DNA of 64,000 bases from Alphaproteobacteria bacterium. Its GTDB lineage: Bacteria; Pseudomonadota; Alphaproteobacteria; Rs-D84. Made by a program: the position numbers and the translations under genes. Below the pieces are notes generated by a model. It saw only the letters and a list, made by a program, of their open reading frames with translations, was not told where the DNA came from and did no database searches. Positions within the stretch are counted from its first letter, which is position 1. Each line of letters opens with the position of its first letter. Positions 59,237 to 64,000 of this stretch are shown in pieces. Location of the stretch: assembly GCA_017935245.1 (NCBI GenBank), contig JAGBHZ010000004.1, positions 1,305 through 65,304 of the forward strand, in the 5' to 3' direction.

Positions 59237-59680
59237 ATGAAAAAACTTTTAACCTTAACCGCGGTTGGCGCACTGCTGGCCGCACCCGCATCGGCGGTAC
59301 AAAAGTGTGTGGCATTGGACAGCAGCACGACAACATGTACAAATATAGAAGCGGAAGCTCCATACAGGGGGTGGAAATTAACATGCACCACCAATGGTAT
59401 CACGGTACCAATTGAGGGAACAAGCTCTTGTTCTAAGACCGCGGCGTTAACCCTTAACACCATAAAGGACGATTTAAAAATAAAATATAGTGAAAATGAT
59501 AGCAGTGAAGTATACTGCTGGTGCCAAATGATTCGTCCATTGGCATCATCTTGGGTGCTTGCACATCGTACCTTTGGTATGAATGTAAACTGCACAACTG
59601 GATGCGCAGAGAAGTGTGCAGAAACCTTTTCAGGAAACGCCGACTTTCGGTCTGCGATGATCTCGACCCTGTCTGACTAA
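59237..59680 (+). CDS. Cys-rich secreted protein
   Basis: Signal peptide MKKLLTLTAVGALLAAPASA; CWCQM..P..S.WV...C...CA..CA...FR C-terminal pattern. Confidence 0.75.
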   Translation: MKKLLTLTAVGALLAAPASAVQKCVALDSSTTTCTNIEAEAPYRGWKLTCTTNGITVPIEGTSSCSKTAALTLNTIKDDLKIKYSENDSSEVYCWCQMIRPLASSWVLAHRTFGMNVNCTTGCAEKCAETFSGNADFRSAMISTLSD

Positions 59681-59693
59681 TAAGGAAGCACGA

Positions 59694-60200
59694 ATGAAAC
59701 GAATAATAATTTTATTAGCCTGCGTGCCAATAAGTGCAACAGCGGCTGATTTGGTTGCCGATGGTGAACTGTGCCTAAGTAGTCCGCAATGCGCATCAGG
59801 TGTGTGTCTGCGTAAAGACGCTACGTCACTGGCACGATGCGCGCCAAAGGCACAGCAGGGCGAAGCCTGTTCTTTTGTCGATACGTTGACTGGCGTATAT
59901 TACAATCCACCTTGTGAAACAGGACTAGCTTGTAAGGCAGACGCATCTGCAACAACAGGTAATTTTGGTGTCTGTGGAAAAATCGAACTTTTAGAGGAGT
60001 GTCCCACAGGGCATATATCGATTGATGCGCCGTACATAACCATCGCGACATCGTGCCCCAGTGGCACAACCGCCATTGGCACGGCGGAGTCGTGTTTGGC
60101 AACACTAAATGGTAATTGCATAATGTATGCCCCGGCGGGCGTGTCATTTACCGACGATGCCGGCACGTACGAATTTACCGCATCATGTGCATTAGAATAA
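59694..60200 (+). CDS. Cys-rich secreted protein
   Basis: Signal peptide; dense Cys array (GELC...QCASGVC...C...GEAC...C..GLAC); C-terminal FTDDAGTYEFTASC. Confidence 0.75.
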   Translation: MKRIIILLACVPISATAADLVADGELCLSSPQCASGVCLRKDATSLARCAPKAQQGEACSFVDTLTGVYYNPPCETGLACKADASATTGNFGVCGKIELLEECPTGHISIDAPYITIATSCPSGTTAIGTAESCLATLNGNCIMYAPAGVSFTDDAGTYEFTASCALE

Positions 60201-60229
60201 AAAATCCCGCGGAATGCGGGATTTTTTTA
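60199..60229. terminator. Bidirectional intrinsic terminator
   Basis: AAAAAATCCCGC-GGAAT-GCGGGATTTTTT between convergent genes; similar hairpins at 33183-33208, 35679-35704, 39219-39246, 42736-42767, 46120-46147 and 55191-55225. Confidence 0.8.
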
Positions 60230-61291
60230 TTATTCTTGCTTTAATGCGGCACGTATTGATTCAACCGATTTTGCACGTTCGGCAATCAGGCCGTTTAAAT
60301 TCGCGTGTATCAAATCCGATGCGTATTTCAGTGAATTGGCAAATGCCAATGCATCACTATTACCATGGGTTTTGACCGCAAACCCTTTTAGCCCCAGGAA
60401 CACCGCACCCGCATACGAACGCGGATCAATTTTATGCTTTAACCGTTTGAATACATGCACCAAGAAAAACGCCCCAATCATTGCCAGGATGGATTTCTTG
60501 AAGTTTTCAACGATAACGCGCTTAATCAATTTTGCGGTACCTTCGACCGTTTTTAATACGATGTTGCCGGTGAATCCGTCGGTAACAACAACCTGAACAC
60601 GGCCGGCACTGATATCATTGGCCTCTACAAAACCGATGTATTCATATGGTAATTCATCTTTGTGTTCGGTCAGAACGTGATTCAAGTGCACCAGGGTTTC
60701 ATTACCCTTGGTTTCTTCGGAACCGATGTTTAATACCCCCAGTTTTGGTTTTGGCATTTTTCCCATAACTTCGGCGTAAACACTGCCCAAAACGGCAAAG
60801 TCGAACAAAATAGTTTCATCACACTGAACATTTGCACCCAAATCCAGTACAACCACACGATCGTCCCCCGCCCCCGATGGCAGCATCGTTGTAATTGCCG
60901 GGCGCGCAATGCCATCTACGGTTTTTAACGCCAATTTAGACAATGACATTAAAACACCGGTGTTACCCGCACTGACGATGGCGGCGGCGTTACCTTCGCG
61001 GACATCTTTGATTGCCATATACATAGACGTATCCTGGGCATGACGGACAATATCCATGATTTTGTCCGTACCCTTTACCACGCCGGGGGCATGTACAACC
61101 TCTACATTTCGACCGACACGCGGATATTTAGTCAACATACGGCGCAGACGCTTTTCATCACCAAACAGACGGAATTGAACCCGGTCTTCGCCATTTTGAT
61201 ACAAAAATTGGTTAATGCCCCCCAGGACAACGGATGGACCTTTGTCCCCACTCATGGCATCAACGGCTATGATTTTCTTTTCTTCTGACAT
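60230..61291 (-). CDS. plsX: Phosphate acyltransferase PlsX
   Basis: IAVDAMSGD.GP, SAGNTG, RPAI, LDLGAN, LNIGSEE.KG, DGFTGN..LK..EG, K.HG.SD; start MSEEKK. Confidence 0.95.
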   Translation of the reverse strand: MSEEKKIIAVDAMSGDKGPSVVLGGINQFLYQNGEDRVQFRLFGDEKRLRRMLTKYPRVGRNVEVVHAPGVVKGTDKIMDIVRHAQDTSMYMAIKDVREGNAAAIVSAGNTGVLMSLSKLALKTVDGIARPAITTMLPSGAGDDRVVVLDLGANVQCDETILFDFAVLGSVYAEVMGKMPKPKLGVLNIGSEETKGNETLVHLNHVLTEHKDELPYEYIGFVEANDISAGRVQVVVTDGFTGNIVLKTVEGTAKLIKRVIVENFKKSILAMIGAFFLVHVFKRLKHKIDPRSYAGAVFLGLKGFAVKTHGNSDALAFANSLKYASDLIHANLNGLIAERAKSVESIRAALKQE

Positions 61292-61359
61292 TGTATTATT
61301 TAAAACGGCAGACAGACCACAACACATGTGGCCACGTCTGCCCTAAATTTTTGGTTAAT

Positions 61360-61509
61360 TTATTTCGCACCACATGCCGCACAAACATGATGTGGGCGTT
61401 TCTTTTCACCACAGACCTTGCATACGCTGCATGGCATAACAGACAATGCATCGTGCGAACGGCGCTGGGCGCTGCGTGATTTACTTGTTTTACTTCTTGG
61501 CGTTGCCAT
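61360..61509 (-). CDS. rpmF: 50S ribosomal protein L32 (not in the ORF track)
   Basis: Translated by hand: MATPRSKTSKSRSAQRRSHDALSVMPCSVCKVCGEKKRPHHVCAACGAK; upstream of plsX. Confidence 0.93.
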   Translation of the reverse strand: MATPRSKTSKSRSAQRRSHDALSVMPCSVCKVCGEKKRPHHVCAACGAK

Positions 61510-61583
61510 TTTATTATCCTTTTTATATTTACCGAGTGCTTATTTTATTAAATTATTCCCGTTTTGCAAGCAAAAGTTTACAT

Positions 61584-61629
61584 TAGTGGTTAGTGCAAGT
61601 GGTTAGTGATTAGTGTTTTGCTAACCACT
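61584..61629. repeat. Short TAGTG(G/A)T-type tandem repeats with an inverted copy
   Basis: AGTGGTTAGTG x2 and TAGTGATTAGTG, then CTAACCACT (inverted), directly after the rpoC stop. Confidence 0.5.
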
Positions 61630-61645
61630 TACACAATAGCCTTTA

Positions 61646-64000
61646 CTAAATATCCAACAATTGCTGCTGGGCATTGCCTTCGCGTGCAAGACGTTCGGCA
61701 CGTTCTTCTTCTTTGGCGATTTCACGAACACGACGAACATATGCACCCGTTCCAATTGGAATCAAACGACCAACAATCAGGTTTTCGTTGATACCAACCA
61801 ATTTATCGGTTGCCCCCGAAATCGCGGCGTCAACCAATACCTTGGTCGTCTGTTGGAACGATGCGTTCGAAATAAACGAACGTGATGTCAATGATGCACG
61901 GGTCAAACCAACCAGTACCTGGGACGCTTCGGCAATGCGACCACCATCACGGGCAACACGGGCGTTTTCTTCTTCGAAATCAACACGGTCAACAACCTGG
62001 CCCATCAGGAAGCCGGTATCGCCCGGATTTGTGATTTCAACACGACGTGTCATTTCGCGTATCAGAATTTCAATGTGCTTGTCATTGATTGTTACACCCT
62101 GAAGGCGATAAACCTGTTGAATCTGGTCAACCATAAATGTTGCCAAGGCTTTCTGGCCCAGGATGCGCAAGATATCTTGTGGCACAGGGTCACCATCAAC
62201 CAATTTATCGGCTTTCTTTACGATATCGCCGCTGCGTACCAACAGGTTTGTACCCTTTGGAACCGCATATTCAACCGGTGCCGTACCGTCGGTCGGTTCG
62301 ATACGGATGATGATTTTAGATTTCGCATCTTCCAGTTCAATTGTACCATCGATTTCCGCCAATAATGCCGGATTTGTTGGACGACGTACTTCCAGCAACT
62401 CGTTAACACGTGGCAGACCGCCCGTAATGTCGCCGGTACGTTTTGTCTGAACCGGGATACGTGCCAAGATGTCGCCCGCATGAACCGTGTCGCCATTTGC
62501 AACGTTCAGGATGGAATAGATTGGCAACAGATATTCTGCAATCTTTTTACCACCCAGATTGATAACGTTACCCGATGCGTCAACCAATGTAACCGCCGGT
62601 TTCAAGGCTTTCTTGGTATTTGTTTTCCAATTTATAACCTTGCGCGAAACGATACCGGTCATTGAATCAACTTCTTCTTGGTACGATACGTTTTCAACCA
62701 GGTCATTAAAGCTCACAGTACCATCGGCTTCGGCGATGATTGTATTGGAATATGGATCCCATTCGGCAACCTTGGCACCTTTTTCAACGGTGTCGCCTTC
62801 GTTAACAATCAACATTGATGCGTATGGTAATGCGCAACTGAACAATTCTTTGTCGGCGTCATCAACAACGGCGATTTTACCATTGCGGCTTAATACCACG
62901 ATGCGGCCTGCGCTGTTCTTGATTGTGTTAACACCAACCAGTTTGATGCGACCAGCCACAGGTACTTCGATAAAGTGGCTGTCGGTACCACCGGCCGCAA
63001 TACCACCAATGTGGAACGTACGCAACGTCAACTGGGTCCCGGGTTCACCAATAGACTGGCCCGCGATAACACCAACGGCTTCGCCGACGTGTACCAATGC
63101 ATTACGCGACAGGTCCATACCATAACATTTTGCACACAGACCATCACTGCAACATGTCAGAACACTGCGAACATCAACAGATGGCAGACCTGATTCATTA
63201 ATCGCCTTGGATGCGGCCTTGGTAATCAATTCGCCGGCTGGGACAATGACTTCCTTGGTCAATGGATGAACAATGTCGTGTGCCGCCGTGCGACCCAATA
63301 CCACATCACCCAATGGAACCGACAGTGTCGAACCCGTATAAACTGGTTTCGCCGTGATGAATTCAGTTGTTCCACAGTCGTGTTCGGTAATAACCGTGTT
63401 TTGTGCCAATTCAACCAAACGACGTGTCAGGTAACCCGCGTCCGCCGTTTTCAACGCCGTGTCCGACATACCCTTACGAGCACCGTGGGTGGATGTAAAG
63501 TATTCAGACATGGTCAGACCTTCTTTAAAGTTCGAGATAATTGGAACTTCAATAATAGATCCGTCTGGTTTCTGCATCATACCACGCATACCGGCCAACT
63601 GCTGAATCTGGCGTTTGGAACCACGGGCTTCGGATAATGCCATCATGTGGATAGAATTCCAGTTGTCCCCGGTTGTTTTACCCAGCGCAGCATATGCCAT
63701 ATCACCCAATTTATCGGTTGTCTTTTGCCACATATCGACCAATTTGTTATAGCGTTCACCACCAGACAACAAACCGTTCTGATATTGTTCTTCGATTTCT
63801 TCGGCAATTTTTTCAGATTCTGCAATCATCGCTTTCTTTTCTTCTGGAATAACGATGTCGTCGTAACCAATGGAAATACCACTGCGTGCGGCCTGTTCAA
63901 AGCCAGTGTCTTTTAACGCGTCCGCCAACAGAATCATTGCCTTGTCCCCGCAACGTTCATATGTTGTTGCCAACAATGACTTAATCGCACTGCGTGGCAT
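61646..64000 (-). CDS. rpoC: RNA polymerase beta' subunit, 3' part (runs off the window end)
   Basis: THGARKG..DTALKTADAGYLTRRLV, QSIGEPGTQLTLRTFH, DITGGLPRV, ASFQQTT, ENLIVGRLIP.GTG. Confidence 0.98.
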   Translation of the reverse strand: MPRSAIKSLLATTYERCGDKAMILLADALKDTGFEQAARSGISIGYDDIVIPEEKKAMIAESEKIAEEIEEQYQNGLLSGGERYNKLVDMWQKTTDKLGDMAYAALGKTTGDNWNSIHMMALSEARGSKRQIQQLAGMRGMMQKPDGSIIEVPIISNFKEGLTMSEYFTSTHGARKGMSDTALKTADAGYLTRRLVELAQNTVITEHDCGTTEFITAKPVYTGSTLSVPLGDVVLGRTAAHDIVHPLTKEVIVPAGELITKAASKAINESGLPSVDVRSVLTCCSDGLCAKCYGMDLSRNALVHVGEAVGVIAGQSIGEPGTQLTLRTFHIGGIAAGGTDSHFIEVPVAGRIKLVGVNTIKNSAGRIVVLSRNGKIAVVDDADKELFSCALPYASMLIVNEGDTVEKGAKVAEWDPYSNTIIAEADGTVSFNDLVENVSYQEEVDSMTGIVSRKVINWKTNTKKALKPAVTLVDASGNVINLGGKKIAEYLLPIYSILNVANGDTVHAGDILARIPVQTKRTGDITGGLPRVNELLEVRRPTNPALLAEIDGTIELEDAKSKIIIRIEPTDGTAPVEYAVPKGTNLLVRSGDIVKKADKLVDGDPVPQDILRILGQKALATFMVDQIQQVYRLQGVTINDKHIEILIREMTRRVEITNPGDTGFLMGQVVDRVDFEEENARVARDGGRIAEASQVLVGLTRASLTSRSFISNASFQQTTKVLVDAAISGATDKLVGINENLIVGRLIPIGTGAYVRRVREIAKEEERAERLAREGNAQQQLLDI

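Noticed and set aside
59059-59415. ORF crossing element 2 as an icd/ash-like gene
   Set aside because: TTG start without SD, overlaps the signal-peptide gene in another frame, and no counterpart was seen in element 1.
1-64000. CRISPR array, rRNA, integrase/transposase or phage structural genes
   Set aside because: No regularly spaced repeat-spacer array and no such motifs were seen in any ORF.
1-64000. Alternative genetic code or programmed frameshifts
   Set aside because: Conserved genes translate full length in the standard bacterial code and end at TAA, TAG or TGA where expected.

Overview
A 64 kb chromosomal segment of a compact, AT-rich bacterium. It is most likely a host- or gut-associated alphaproteobacterium; this is inferred from ccrM with a C-terminal extension, olsBA and fabH-ihfA. 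Housekeeping genes include the rpoC 3' part, rpmF-plsX, mraZ, proS, glyQS, pgk, rnhB, nrdR, lgt, fabH, ihfA, ldh, hemW, rpmG and 5 tRNAs. These are mixed with surface and secreted proteins: a Slam/T11SS transporter with a TbpB-like lipoprotein, a Pmp-like autotransporter, two beta-barrel OMPs and three Cys-rich secreted proteins. There is also a 12 kb block of recC-recB-recD, a double-AAA ATPase and a WYL regulator. The most striking unannotated signals are four. (1) Two leader elements (55445-55654 on -, 58954-59236 on +) share the full architecture of phage P1/P4-type C4/CI antisense RNA switches. Their recognition sequences differ but co-vary, and they sit on an XRE gene and on Cys-rich secreted-protein genes with no prophage in view. 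(2) A WYL-type operator palindrome (TGGAC-N7-GTCCA) replaces the -35 of the AAA ATPase promoter next to recCBD. (3) A 200 bp MITE-like element and its remnants lie beside the C4-like leaders and Cys-rich genes. (4) Otherwise unrelated Cys-rich proteins share a C-terminal motif. No CRISPR array, rRNA, integrase or transposase was seen. All family calls come from motif recognition by eye, not from database searches.
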